The notes under the pieces are model-generated. The model searched no databases, had not been told where the DNA came from, and saw nothing but the letters and a program-made list of their open reading frames with translations. From Perkinsus chesapeaki ATCC PRA-425 (taxonomy: Eukaryota; Protista; Perkinsozoa): a DNA stretch of 64,000 bases. The first letter of the stretch is position 1; the number at the start of each line of letters is the position of its first letter. Of the stretch, positions 1-12,500 are shown in pieces. Made by a program: the position numbers and the translations under genes. The stretch is from assembly GCA_013115145.1 (NCBI GenBank), contig JAAPAO010000138.1:1-64000 (forward strand), in the 5' to 3' direction.

Positions 1-70
1 AGAACCCGGGCATCGATCCCGGTGCCTCTCGCTTGCTAAGCGAGCGCTCTACCATTTGAGCTAGTCCCCC
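1..70 (-). tRNA. tRNA-Ala(AGC), last 3 nt cut off by window start
   Basis: Reverse complement is GGGGGACTAGCTCAAATGGTAGAGCGCTCGCTTAGCAAGCGAGAGGCACCGGGATCGATGCCCGGGTTCT, identical to the complete copy at 24965-25037; anticodon arm CTCGC-TTAGCAA-GCGAG. Confidence 0.95.
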
Positions 71-125
71 ATATTTTTAAAGATCTGTAACGGACTCAGC
101 CGCATTCACGAGAGAGAAAGCGTAG

Positions 126-2071
126 GCTCACAAGCAAACGTATCGTGTGATGAGCTTTGGAAAGAACCGTGACCATGATTCCTATGATCCATCTGCCAAG
201 GTTCGCGCTTTTGAGCATGCGTGCTAGGGCGAGCGCGGCTGCCACTCCGGCACGGCAACTGGGGAACAGTGCTGCCCACTTCCTCACTACTGCTCTCACT
301 AACCCCCCAGACTAGCGTAATCTACGGAAAATCTCAGGGGAAGACATGTCCATTTGAGATAATAAATGTCGCTGTGCTAGTAAGGATCGCAGTCCAGACT
401 CTTCATCGTCAGTAACGATGAATCTATTTCTGGACTGGTCGGAACAGACCTGCCGTCTTAGGTATTAACGGTCGTTTAGCTCAGTCGGTTAGAGCTTCGT
501 GCTAATAACGCGAGGGTCGCAGGTTCGAGCCCTGCATCGACCATTTAGTTTTGTGTCCTGTCCCAGGGGTCAGACTATATTCGAATCGATCGTTCCCTGT
601 CAGGTTCTACCTGGATATCGCGCTCCCATACGTCGTGGACAGCGATAGAGCGAAGGCTCGATTCGATAAGAAGTTTCAGAGGTTGTCAATCACGTTTCCC
701 GTAACAGGTGAGATCATACTGTTTCTAGAGGGATAGTAGAGTAGCATGGTAATCGAATGGAATGGCAGGCAATAAGGCACGTGGGACCACGGAAGGCGTT
801 GACGCCGCCCCCTCCACAACCCGTGAGGAAATCCCTGAGCAAAACGCACAAACCGACTCCATCGAAGATGTAGAGGAACAGGGGGATGCGCAAAGCGGTC
901 CTGTGGATGCCGCTGCGAGTGATGAAATTGAGGGGCCACGAGAATCGGCCGCGGAGAGTCGTGCGGAGTTCATTGAAGCTCAAAGGGGTACCGCAGAAGA
1001 AGATGAACCGGTGAAAGCGGCGGAAGTAATTGAAATTGGATTCGATTCCGCAGAGGCAGGAGCCGTGGTTGAAAACAACGCTAATGTTGACTTCGTAGCA
1101 TCCGACGCCTTCGATGGTCCGCGGCCGGGGTATTATTATGGTAGCGGTCCAGAGGGTTTGGGCTACCACAGCGACCCGCAGTCTGCGAGGGCTCGGGAGG
1201 TAGTCACAGAGCATACTGGATCGCCCGGAATTAGTTTATCAACCACGAATTTGATTGAGACGGTTAAGGAAGAGGAATTCGAGGGAAACGAGGAAGAGGT
1301 CGATTCTCAAGTTGCGGCACCTCTAGCAGAGATGCTCCCAGAGGTCTGCCTTCTATGTGAAGAGTCGATGAGCAGCAGCGCTACCTTAGCCGTGACGAGA
1401 GAGAGACAAACCTGGTTGAACGTGATGTTGAGTATTGGACTTCCAGCGGCTGAAGCAAACGAACGCTTTGTGAGGGCTCATATCCGAGAGTTACGGCCGC
1501 GGTGGCTCCGGATTGAAGTGGACACAGACGCCAGGCGTCGACATCGTGAGACGTTCCATTTCCATGGGTCGGTTGATGTGAAGCAAGGGGTTTACACTGA
1601 GCTGTCCCACGGCGGGAAAGAGATGATACTGGTGCTTGCCAAGGCTCAGAAGGGTGAAGAATGGGATGGTGGGATAGCCAGCAAGGCTGACGGTCTTACT
1701 CAGGAGGACACACACTCCGGTAATTGACGTACTGTTAGCAACATCGATGTTTTTGATCAGTTGTTGTCGAGCCAGGGTTGGCGAAGTCCGGTGAAGGTGA
1801 GGCTGCAATTAGTGTGCCGGAAGACCCAAACCACGCTGAGCGAGGTAACGCTATACGCATGTCTACTGTTCTTAACGAGTGGTTCCAAAAAATATGCTGT
1901 AGCTTAGAGCGTCAGTGCTCCGCCTTTTCAGACGAATCAGACCAAGCGGGCACGAACGAGCTGGACGTGGAACCTTCAAACCAGAAAGCCCCGGAAGAGT
2001 CGAACCCAGCTGCGGCATTGCTTGGTCAAAGCCTCCGGCTAAGATCGACATTACATTGGGTTTTGCTGTGA
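126..2071 (+). CDS. Kintoun/DNAAF2-like PIH1-family protein (multi-exon, probably 5'-partial; ends approximate)
   Basis: Exon near 567/604-708 gives FYLDIALPYVVDSDRAKARFDKKFQRLSITFPV (PIH1 CS-domain pattern); long acidic linker; second CS-like domain RQTWLNVMLSIG...MILVLAKAQKGEEW in ORF 762-1727. Two CS domains around an acidic linker is the Kintoun layout. The PIH1 N-domain is not seen, so it probably lies upstream. Confidence 0.6.
470..543 (+). tRNA. tRNA-Ile(AAT), intronic
   Basis: GGTCGTTTAGCTCAGTCGGTTAGAGCTTCGTGCTAATAACGCGAGGGTCGCAGGTTCGAGCCCTGCATCGACCA; full cloverleaf, A and B boxes, followed by TTTAGTTTT. Confidence 0.97.
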
Positions 2072-2145
2072 GCATGAACGTGGGCACTCCCTTCTTCTAG
2101 TGTGTTGGTGCTGTTGTCGTTGAGTATCATACAGTTTCATTTTCG

Positions 2146-2216
2146 GGTCTGTCAGTGCAGTCTCCAGTGTCGTGCTAATAACGCTAGACTCGCAGGTTCG
2201 AGCCATGCATCGCCCA
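2146..2216 (+). pseudogene. Degenerate tRNA-Ile(AAT) copy
   Basis: 2170-2216 TCGTGCTAATAACGCTAGACTCGCAGGTTCGAGCCATGCATCGCCCA aligns to the 3' two-thirds of the intact Ile gene with a few substitutions; 5' part GGTCTGTCAGTGCAGTC is a decayed GGTCGTTTAGCTCAGTC; D-loop largely lost. Confidence 0.85.
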
Positions 2217-3144
2217 TATGGGTTTAGCATACGTTCTTTGTTGGTTTCCGTGCCTAAGGCGCACACTGATTTGGACATGTCACCTTAAGACTGGCTACTA
2301 GCCAAACTCTAGCATTAGGCCTCAGTTAATCAGTGGAATTTGAGTTGATGATGTCTCTGACTACGTTAATGAAACAAAAACAATGAATTCACCGAAAATG
2401 TTATAAGCCTTTACGTTAGTGTTGGCATTAGCCGGCTGGGCAATCTACCAATGAACCGGACAGTTGAAGGCCCCAGTTTCACTCCGTCTACGGCAAACTC
2501 TGTTCGTTACGCGACTGAGATAATCGGGGTTCACGAGGACCTTTCGAGTGGGATTCACCACAATTGGTTCACCGTTGTTTACCATTGCGAAAATGAGTAG
2601 CAGACTGCTTGTGGAGTCGCGTCCTCATGGGTTACTGTCTACTCTCGACCGGTTGTGGGGCTCCCACACTGATAACATGAGTTAATCCTACTCATACTCT
2701 AAGATGTGCTCAGTCTCTGGCAGGCAGAGGCATCTGCTAGAATTACTCTTCCCGAGTGTTCGCCGCCCACCTGTGTCCCACCATTTGTGAACGGGGACAT
2801 GATTTTGTGCGCATGTTGGACTCGCCGATTCGCGCAGCTGATTCGTAATCTGTCGCTCACTCGGAAATCAGTCGTAGATGAAGAAGATGCCCGGGTCGTC
2901 AATGCTATTCTCAAGATTCTCATTTTGGATGGTGTTGTGAGGGAGGGGGGCCAAATCCTACTCCATGCCCCCTCTACAGTGCTGCTATTTGAATTCTCGC
3001 AAACTTAAGATCACGATATCTTTTTGCTTTCCAGAGCCTTTGCGGCATATCTCTGTTCTCCGGTCGGGGAATTATGCCGGCAGTTGCGAGCCTCCGTGGT
3101 ATATAGGAGCTTATTGAGGTGGTGTTAGTTCTTCGTTTAAGGCA

Positions 3145-5144
3145 ATGAGCTTATCGTTGGTCCTTCTGAGCGCAGACGATAGCTCTCCGGCGAGCTTCAA
3201 GAAATACCTTCGACCCTCGAACTTGGTGCCTAGCTGGAAGCAGTGCCGTAAGGCGGTGAAGAGAGCTATCGGTGAGACCGCCACAGCTCCGCTTGAGGTC
3301 GAGTTGCCTCTCCCCACCAGTCCAGGCGATTTCGACTGGCGTACCTATGTGGCCAACCACGAGTGGTGTGATGAACTCCTGCGTTATGGGGGCCTCACTC
3401 GAGCAACATGTCGAAGACATCGAAAGACGAAGGATTACCATCTATTCCTCTTCGGTGTGGATGGCTCCAGTTTTATGGTCACTACCAATACTCTCAGAAG
3501 GGTAGATACCAGTGGAAATGAGAGGGTCATCAAGTACAGCGATAAGGCAGTGAAGATAGCGTTCCGAGAGGCTCTCGAGGGTATTCGCAAGGGAGCTAAG
3601 CGCGGAGCACCGGGGGAGTCGGAGGGCCTAGTGGCGCAATTTAACGCTTCAATACGGGACATGATGGCTGATTTCATAAAGGACGTTATCATTGGCGTCC
3701 CGTTGGGAAGCCCGAAAAGTTCCGATTGGGTGAAGCTGGTCGATAATCCTGAAGTGATAAAGGTGGAGGAGGATGATAGGATGATACCTAAACTGGTTGA
3801 CACAGTAAGCTGGGTTCGATCATCGCTGGCGCTGTATCAGCGATGTTGGACAACAAGTTATACTTTCCTTCGTCAGGATCTGCAGGCTCGCTGGGTCGAA
3901 TATGTTCGAGCGAACTTTAAGATTATGAGGATGAGTCAGACCCAAGCTGAAAGGCTCGGTCAATTGAAGAATGACAACGCTCAGGCAGCATCGAACACTG
4001 AGGATCTGCCAGCCATGGCAGCTAAGGTAGGTTGCCTTCAGAAGTACTTCTGGTTCTGTGCGATACCGTTGGAAGCTGAAATTATTTGTGCATATTCCTG
4101 TTTTGCTTTAAGATCAGTCGCCAAGCTCCGCTACTGCCAGTTCCAAGTCTCGAAGCCAAAACCGACGTTGTTCTCGAGGCTGGCCAGAGAGTGTCCATCC
4201 GCCTTCAGCCCGGTGTGGTGTCATTCAAACCTTTCGCCTTTTTCGTTCACGTCGCAACGGATGAATGCTATGGATATATCCAGGTGTCGCAGGCTCCCTA
4301 TGATGACGAGCCTCTCCTGCAGTCAATATCACCCACTCCGACTGCAACCCAGCGGTATGAAAGCACAGATGCCGACAGGGCCCATCTGCGTAGTGACGAT
4401 GCGCGACCGAGACGCCAGTTGGCACTGGACACTCCGACTATTACCGAGGTAGCCGACATTCCCAGCCTGAGCCGCGACGAGTTCATCCTGTGCCGAATGG
4501 ATGACGGCGTCGACTACTGCGAAAATTCTACAAGTCGTGGGTGGCAGCTGAGCTGTCACGGAAATGACGATCCTCAGGAACCCTTAGTCTGGCACGGTGC
4601 GGAATTCACTCTCAAGCGATCACAGCTACAGACTTTCGGAGCACAGAAGGTTTTGCTGAGACTTCAAGAGCTTGAGGGAAATTTGAGCATTGGGCTATCT
4701 GAATGCGATGATCTCCTGTGTGTGTGCCGGCGGAAATATCCCGGTGGTAAGCAAGGGAAGAAATGTTGTCGAAAGGCCGTTGGATTCAACAGCGATGGGG
4801 TCAAGTGGAATCGGGGCAGGCCTGTTCAGATGAATACTGGCAATATACAACAGGGAGACCTCTTAGCCCTGGTACTGGTTTCCGCTGGGTCCGACAAATT
4901 CGCTCGAGTCGAAGTCGGCGTTTCACGGCATCATACCCCTGCGGTGGTCTTGCCTGTAAAACTAGAGTCAGATGCACCGGCAGGTGGCAGACTTGTATTG
5001 AGAGCTAGTGGACGCTTTACTATTGATCTCCTACTTGGCGAAGGTTCAAGTAGCGAGGCTTCCCGTGCACCTCTATGGCAGGCTCTTCCTTTGCTTAAGG
5101 AGGAGCCCGAAGCAGAGTCCGATTGTGATATGCCTGATGCTTGA
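3145..5144 (+). CDS. Hypothetical protein with C-terminal SPRY-like domain (2 exons; further upstream exons possible)
   Basis: ORFs 3145-4452 and 4086-5144 join in frame through a GT-AG intron at ~4027-4111 (AAK|ISRQ). LSIGLS...VGFNSDGVKWNRG...IQQGDLLALVL resembles SPRY/B30.2. Confidence 0.45.
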
Positions 5145-5207
5145 GCTGTGTCTCGTTTAGCCAAGGTTAACATTTTTGTCTCCTTCTGTGCTCACAATTG
5201 ATTCCTT

Positions 5208-5247
5208 GAGTCGCGACTGATTTCGCCGGTGAAGTCAGTCGCGCCTC
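5208..5247. repeat. Near-perfect inverted repeat / hairpin
   Basis: GAGTCGCGACTGATTTCGCCGGTGAAGTCAGTCGCGCCTC; 5213-5242 is a 30-nt palindrome with two G-T pairs. Confidence 0.85.
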
Positions 5248-5647
5248 GCAGTGGTCAGTCGTCGGAGTAGTTTAATAGTTTTATTCCAGGACCTTAAGTT
5301 GCGTTGTCAGTTAGGTCAATAGGCCGAAGCTGGGCATAACCGTTCCCGCTACTTAGTGTTACGGTCGCTCGATCACGTACTTTACACTAACCAGGTGTTC
5401 GCCGTACACTTCAGTTGTTATGGTTGACTGCTATTAACTGGCAATCATTTCACTATGACTCTGTGCCGGTAAGGCCCGTTGTATTCCTACCTAATTTAGC
5501 TAACCTATAGCTCGGATCACATAGGAGTAACCGATCAGCTCACGTTCTCGAGCATTAGCTGAGCCACGGTCAGCCAAACGTAGCTCAGGTCTGTGATGGG
5601 TTACTAATTTTCCCCGCGAGTTGAAACTTGGTCTCCACTTGACCTAA

Positions 5648-6331
5648 ATGATCCTTCGAATCTTGCTCATCACCGTCCTGCTAGCCCCTGGTGGTATTTC
5701 CTCCCCAACACTTGCCTACGATGTGGGTAGCGTTATCGAATTGGACGTGCCGAACCGGACGATGAATCATAAGCAGGTACGAATATCTGCTCGAAAGACA
5801 GCTCACTTTCTACTTCAGTGTTCAATCTGTTACCTGCCCGCGCGGGCTGGGGCCTCCTGGCGCTGCAGCCTACAGAAACTTCCCTCAGTAGTTCTTATTC
5901 CCTTTGAGGACTCTCGGAAGGGACTGGCCCTCACTTTAGAATGCAGTGGCATGCGCTGGAGCACCTCGTGGAATGCAAGTGGGGGTTTGCCTAGTGAATT
6001 AGTGTAGTGCTTTGCCTCAGGTGCCCCGCCCTACCTCTCCAGGCTCATCTTCAGCGAATCTGATGCGGATCGCTTGCGTCTGGCACCCCCACAACAACTC
6101 ACTCTCGTCGCTATTTTTGGCATTGTCATTTGGGTCGTATTTGCATGTAGCTCCTCGCACTTCCGATCGACCGACTCCTGTAGTCCTTCTCCATGGACGG
6201 TCATTGTCCACGCACATGGCCGAATCAAAACGGCTCACGTTCCGCCAGCTTTCCGTCTCACCCAAGCGTCCCTGGATGAATTCGTGCGAAGGAACCGGCC
6301 TCAAGTCGAGTACGCCGCGATGTGTACATGA
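5648..6331 (+). CDS. Hypothetical type I membrane protein (3 exons)
   Basis: Signal peptide MILRILLITVLLAPGGIS; two short GT-AG introns give an open frame (HKQ|CSIC and LPS|APPY); TM segment LTLVAIFGIVIWVVFAC; stop at 6331. Confidence 0.55.
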
Positions 6332-6501
6332 GGAACTTTTGCTGCATGACGTCGTACAATAGTAGTTGTCGATAACTCCGAGTCAGATATAGCTTTCCTG
6401 GCTCGAGAGCATCCTCGTTTCATCCATCCCCGGTGATATGTTAACATTCTCAATCCAGCCCGGGGTGCCTAGGGAGCTTCCACCACAACAGACTCAATCA
6501 T

Positions 6502-9256
6502 TTGATGGTGAAGTCACAAAAGCCCCCGCTGTCACCCGCCGTCCTCGCCTCATGCACGGATGATCTTGAGAGCTTTAAGAAGATGCTCAAAGAGCACAGC
6601 TCGTCGATTCGACAGCACGACACACGCCGCGACATATCGAATCAGCCTCCCAAGCGAGACAGGTTCACGGCACTGCTGGGCGTCATCCTCATAGTTAGTC
6701 TCGTGGTACCTTACTACCAGGCATTACATTTCAACTCCTATCAGAATGGCTATCACATGGATGATGTGGTTGGGGTGTAAGTAATGAAAACCCCTACTAC
6801 CCTAGTACACCATTGCGGGGCAGGTATAAAAACAAGGACGTCACAGGCTCCTCTGATGAATGGTCATGGTATAATCTCGCCAGACACGACTACTGGGGCT
6901 TGGACATGTTCTCGGGTAGCCTGCCGCGCCATTAAAAGTCATGCATGCCCATCCGAGTGGATGGAGCCCCAGGCTCGCTTCCGTGCAAGCTGCGCTCCTT
7001 TCAGGCGAATGGACGCACAAGTCGTTCCGGCCAGTGACAACGCTCACATTTAGACTTAATTATCTTCTCTCCGGTCTGGACACGTCCATGTTTCATCTTA
7101 CGAACATCCTTTTGCACTCGATCGCCTCTATTCTCGTCATACCTGTTGGCACCTCCGTAATGAAGATGAACCTCCGGTGAGCAACTGGAAGATGTTTCAT
7201 TCCGCCAAGGTTATTCCTCTCAGCGAATCGACACTCTGTAGCATACTGTTTGCCGTCCACCCTGTTCACACTGAGTCCATACTCTACCTGGTTGGTAGGG
7301 CAGATGTCCTGTGCCTCTGTCTAATGCTCGTGGGTATTCTTGCATGGGAACGTGACTGGAGGCTCTCCGCGTGGCTTCTGGTAACGGAATTCGGTTCTGC
7401 CGCCTCGATAGGAGCTTCCATCACTATTTTCAGGCTATCCTGGCGGGTCTCTCCAAGGAACTGGGTTTCATGCTCTTCGGTGTGTACGTAGCCCAGGATC
7501 TACTCTTAAAACATATCCGAGGCCGCACCATTCTTAATCTAGCCATCGGGATTGGAGTGATGGCTTTGAGGCATTGGTATGTCCGAGGTGGAATTTCCGC
7601 AGACTTTGCCGGTCTACCTTCCAGGTACACGGAAGGTTCTGCGTTGAGAATGTCCCCGCAAGACAATCCGATTGCATTTGAATCTGATGCTACCGGCCGG
7701 CGCCTTTCTTTCTCTTTGATTCACGGGGAGTACGCTGAGCTATCCTACGCTATTCAGCTTTTTTCCACTCTATAGATACATGAGGCTGCTGGTATTCCCG
7801 AGGTTTCTTTGCTATGACTACTCTCTGGATACTTTACCGCTGATGTGCGAGTTCGGCGATGTGCGATTCCTCGTTGCTCTCACCGCGTAATTCCCCAGTC
7901 ACGCACTCACAAGCTAATTGTTGGGGCACCTGCCCCTCGCAGTTACACCACAGTGGCGTCCACTGCAAGCCTTGCTTTGGCTTTGAACCTGCGTGGCGTC
8001 GTCCTTGCTGGAGCATTCTTCCTACTGTCCTTCGTTCCGATGTCCAATGTCCTTTTCCCTGTCGGTATGTGGGATGATACGCAGCTCCGCAGTGGCCATG
8101 TTGCCTCAGGCACGGTTGTCGGTGAACGCCTGCTTTATATTCCATCATTCGGTTTTTTGGCGGTACTGTGTGGCATAATTCCTAAGAAGTTTCACATAGC
8201 AATGTTGCTCGTATGGGGTTTGATGTTGGTACGCACGATTAAGCGCGTCGATGACTGGAAGACTGCCGATCACCTCACCCTTGTAGACGGGTATACTACC
8301 CAACTCGGTTATAGTTGATTCCTTCGACTGGTCAGATATGCTAACCTCAAATCTGCTAAGACTCAGTTCAACCTCGGCGTTCGCTATTTCTCCACGGGCG
8401 ACGTAAATTGATTCGCTCAAGAAGCCAGTCGGACAATCTAATCAGTTCGATAATGCCATGGCTGCATTCGAGAGAAGCTGGAGGTCTGACCCAGAAGAGA
8501 GAGATGCGATAGCTTTCTGGCGGGCCGGACAGATTGAAATTATTCGTGGAAACTTTGCCAGAGCACGCGAACTCCTGACTGGTAGCCTCAGTTCGTAACC
8601 ACGAGACTTGTAAAAAAATCTTAAGGTGCCACAACCAAGTACGGTGCCAAACTAATGGTTAAAGAGGAAGAGGTCTTTCACGATGCAGCGGTGGCGTGCT
8701 TTCATGATAACAGGAGGATCGAGGAGGCCATGTGTGTTTCTATAATAAGCTTTGCTACTATAACGACATTCTTAGGTATTATATGACAGCTGCTCTGACT
8801 CTCAATCGAGACTTTCCCAAAGCACTCAACAACCTGGGGTGCATTCAATGGGCAGCTGGTGACAGAGAAATGGCGTTGAACGCGGTAGCCGAGGCTGCAG
8901 AATCTGCGGTGGACAACGTCATTTATTGGGGAAATCTGTGGGCCCTCAGCGAGCTCGTAAGTGTGATCCTGGTCGAGAGAAAGCCTTCCCGAATAATATC
9001 GTACTGGTCAAGCGGGTTCTAAGGTTTATAAAATTCCTTGTCAAATTTCCCTAATGCTTATTCGACTTCTGTCGTGTGAATCCATAGACGAGAACACCAC
9101 TTTATCCATCAGGGAAGATTTCGGTCTCGTATGTCTCAGGCCGGTTATCTAGATGTTGCTCAAGTTGCCAAAGCACGAGCCTTGGATATTCAAGCAGACT
9201 TCGTACCGAATAGTGATTGTACATGGGAATTCATGCCTGACAAGGGAGGTCCTTAA
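6502..9256 (+). CDS. TMTC-family (DUF1736 + TPR) protein O-mannosyltransferase
   Basis: Motifs DYWG, HKSFRPVTTLTFRLN, FHLTNILLH, LFAVHPVHTE..VGRADVL, LSKELG, DNPIAF, SNVLFPVG, TVVGERLLYIPS, W-containing pre-TPR helix, then TPR-like exons (KALNNLG); last exon ends ...WEFMPDKGGP* at 9256. Confidence 0.88.
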
Positions 9257-9593
9257 AAGTTACACCAGTGTTGTGTTGCTTTCGAAGTCAAGTTCTCTGA
9301 ATCCTACGCACGAGTCGTGGAGGAGCATTGCCCGACGTGCTACTCCACAGAATATGTGCCAGGCTCCGATTTTGTGATGGACGGGAGTCGAGCGAGTGCA
9401 GCCTTACACTTAAAATGTGTAGCGTTTGCTGTCTTGTATACCAGACCGTGTGTTGCGCAAATATGTTTATACGTTCTTCACTCAATAACGTCAGAGGAGA
9501 GAAAATGTGATGAAGAGGTGGTGTCCATGGAGAACACAGGAACAACAAGATCTCCAAGATTATTACGGACCCATTCCCTCGGAGGTACAGTAT

Positions 9594-12500
9594 TCATTCA
9601 ACCACACCGTTCTCCTGGCCGAGAGCTTGACACTCGGAGGGAAACGGCACAAGTTTCACATAAGAAACCTCGCCACTGGGACTGGACGACAATCCAGGGC
9701 CAGCACGCAATGTACAAAGAGAGCTCTGTTCGCATGTGATCCCCTCGCAGGAGGGCTGTGCGCGACAGAGCTCTTCTGCCTCGGTCAGTGGCAGAGATCT
9801 CCGTTCAAAGGTCAGATTTGGTATGAATTCCCCCTCATGTACTGTGTAGCACTGAAGGAGGCCGGCATTCTTCTGAGGCTGCCCAAGACTCGTCTTCGGT
9901 GAGCAATCTGAGGTCTTGATGTAGCTGACCTCATTCGTTGGACTCGCAACCTGATACAGTATTGCACAATTTTGCATAGAGGACCACGCTACTCCATTGC
10001 CGCTGGATCTAAGGGTACATTGCCGAGAGCCAGCCTCGCACGTGATACCCGCACATTCGGCGCCAGCCCAGTAACAATCAACCGCCGCATCTTCAACTTT
10101 ACTGTATGAAACATCACCCTTTTCCGTAAAGCCCGGCAGGTATGAAGTATCACTTCGGCGATAGCAAGTATCCAAAGTCGAATTACGGAACCTGGCAAGA
10201 GAGGGTTCGAGTCGCTGCCAGCCTACCTCGTGGGAAATTTCCGTGGGGCTTCCTGTCTCACGGTCGAATTATCCGCCTATCACTTTGATGGAGTTCATCG
10301 CAGCGCGCATTAGAGTCGCACGACAACACACCGATAGCACGGAGGCTGCTGGTTACCTGTAGGGACGGGGCGAGAACTTCAACGTATACAGGGCTCACCC
10401 GTTCCAACATTGATCTTAAGAGAGGGGCGGGCATAAGGGGATCAAACCGCCACAGGGCCGCTGCATGGACGGCGGCTTTCGGGAAGATCATGCCTGCAGG
10501 ACACAGAAGGCTCGGCCGTGCTTGCGGATGTGGCAGCGGTACCAAGCAACGCTACGCCGAAAGGCTCATCCATCTCTCTTGACCACATCAACGGAGCCTT
10601 TGGCAGCATGTTCTCTCTTTGCGCAATCGAAGAATCTGCCGCCCCACATTGGAACCTGTTGGCGCTGTGATGAACTCAGAATTGAGTGAGCCGCTCAATC
10701 GAAGCACCGCTACTTCTCCAGGAACATGTCCGTCCACATAGCAGTCTCGCCTCCCAGAATCCTCTCGGGTACTCCCTCGCTCTCTCTCCGAAGGACCTAC
10801 AAACTTTAAGCTCGGCGTGCCCGCATATAGGAGCTCTCACCACGCCACTGCCTATCCACGTTCGACCTGAGTCTGGTGTGGCGAGCTCGAACGCTCCGGC
10901 ATTCCCTCGAAATATGATGGACATCGTTCGATCGGAGTGCCTCGCCTGCTCATGAATGCCCCTTTATCATTATATCTAAGACGCCCACCCATCGGCCCTT
11001 GCGTCCGGGGCAATCAATGGTACCACCGCCATCTAGATGCATCTGACAAATGTATTTCTTGAAGGCCGGTGGCGACACAGTCGACGACAAGCTGAAGAGC
11101 TCGTGGGCATTCGAAGAGGCACCTAGGACGACCGTAGCCCTACTCGCCTCACTTAAGTGGTACTTGGGCGGAATTCTGGAGGGCGCGATATGTCCCACCA
11201 ATACTCGACAAAGGGAGTGTTGGGGTAGTCCAGATAGGAGCGCTGATTGTTGGAGACGATAACGGAATGCCCTGAATTACAGCGAGTATAGAATTCTGGG
11301 CCTCGAGCATCTCACTGGTTTCCGTCATGACATCCGACGCCTTATGCTTACTCCACACTTGAATCACGGCCTCTGGAGTCTGAGAGAACGCCCGTAGAGT
11401 CCGAGGCAGCCCATGAATCTACTCCAGATGCTGCCGCATCAGCCGTTATCCCGCGCTTCCAAACCAGCTCCTCCCACGCCATCGGCTTCTTGCCCAGAGA
11501 CCGCAGATGCTCCAGAACGAACATTTCTAACTGGCAACGTGGAAAAGGCGATGACTCATACTTGTCAAGGTTTCCGCACAGAGCAGCTTACGGAAATGAT
11601 GTTATCCATGTTGCAGAGGCCAACAGGCTCAGTCTCATCAGCGCCAATGTGGAAATATTTGTCGGGGAAAAGCGATGCCAATGCGGTTAGAAGACGGCCA
11701 AGGACCTGCTCGCAACTACTTTGACTAACTCGCCGACCCTTCCGCTGACATCTCGTGTCATCCCTTCTTGGTCATCGTAAAGTTTCGTTGCATCCTGTGC
11801 ATGGCGAGCACCGGAAGACCGACAGAACTGCATGCCGGCACCCTCTAGCGCCTCCAGGGACTGATCCAAGCCCTGGCGACTAGCATCGGATGCCGGAATG
11901 CTACGTTCACGTGCCCCGGAACGTCGACTTCTGGTACTACTCGCACTCCTCTGAGGCGTGCGTATTGTATAAACTCCGCAACTTCCTGCAGGGTCCATCG
12001 TTCGCCCTGGAGAGAGAGTCTGGTAGTAGCGATCCAGCCGCTACGTGGAGGTCTCACGTCCTGTCCGAGGGAATTATGAAAGCCCGGCACCTCGATGGCG
12101 AAGCGACAAAAATCATTCAAGTGAAGATGGATCACATTGAGCCTGCTAGCTGCCATACCGTCAATGATGTCCATGGCTAACGAAAGCGGGATGAATCTGG
12201 GCAAGGAAGAAGGAAACAGCGAAAACGTGAAGGGTGCACCTCCTGCCCATGTCAAGCATGAGGCCTCGCCAACCGTATTCTGGGCCATCGATTACTGACA
12301 TTGTGTCCCATGGCGCACTGCCTCGGATGAATAGCTTCCACACTGTATCGAGACCATAGAGAGCACCGAATCTGGTAATGCTGATCGGAGCACCACGACA
12401 GACTTCCTTCCTTACACCGTTCGTGATATAATGACACAACCTTCCTCCGAGCAGTTGAGCTCGAAACTTTCGTCCACTCCGAATTGCAATGTAGAAGTCC

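Noticed and set aside
2341-2520. TGATGA...CTGA as a C/D-box snoRNA
   Set aside because: No terminal stem or recognisable rRNA guide; such boxes occur by chance.
10200-10215. GGGTTCGAGTC B-box-like word (similar words near 1997-2010 and 3813)
   Set aside because: No pairing T-stem or variable-loop context, unlike the 32624-32653 element.
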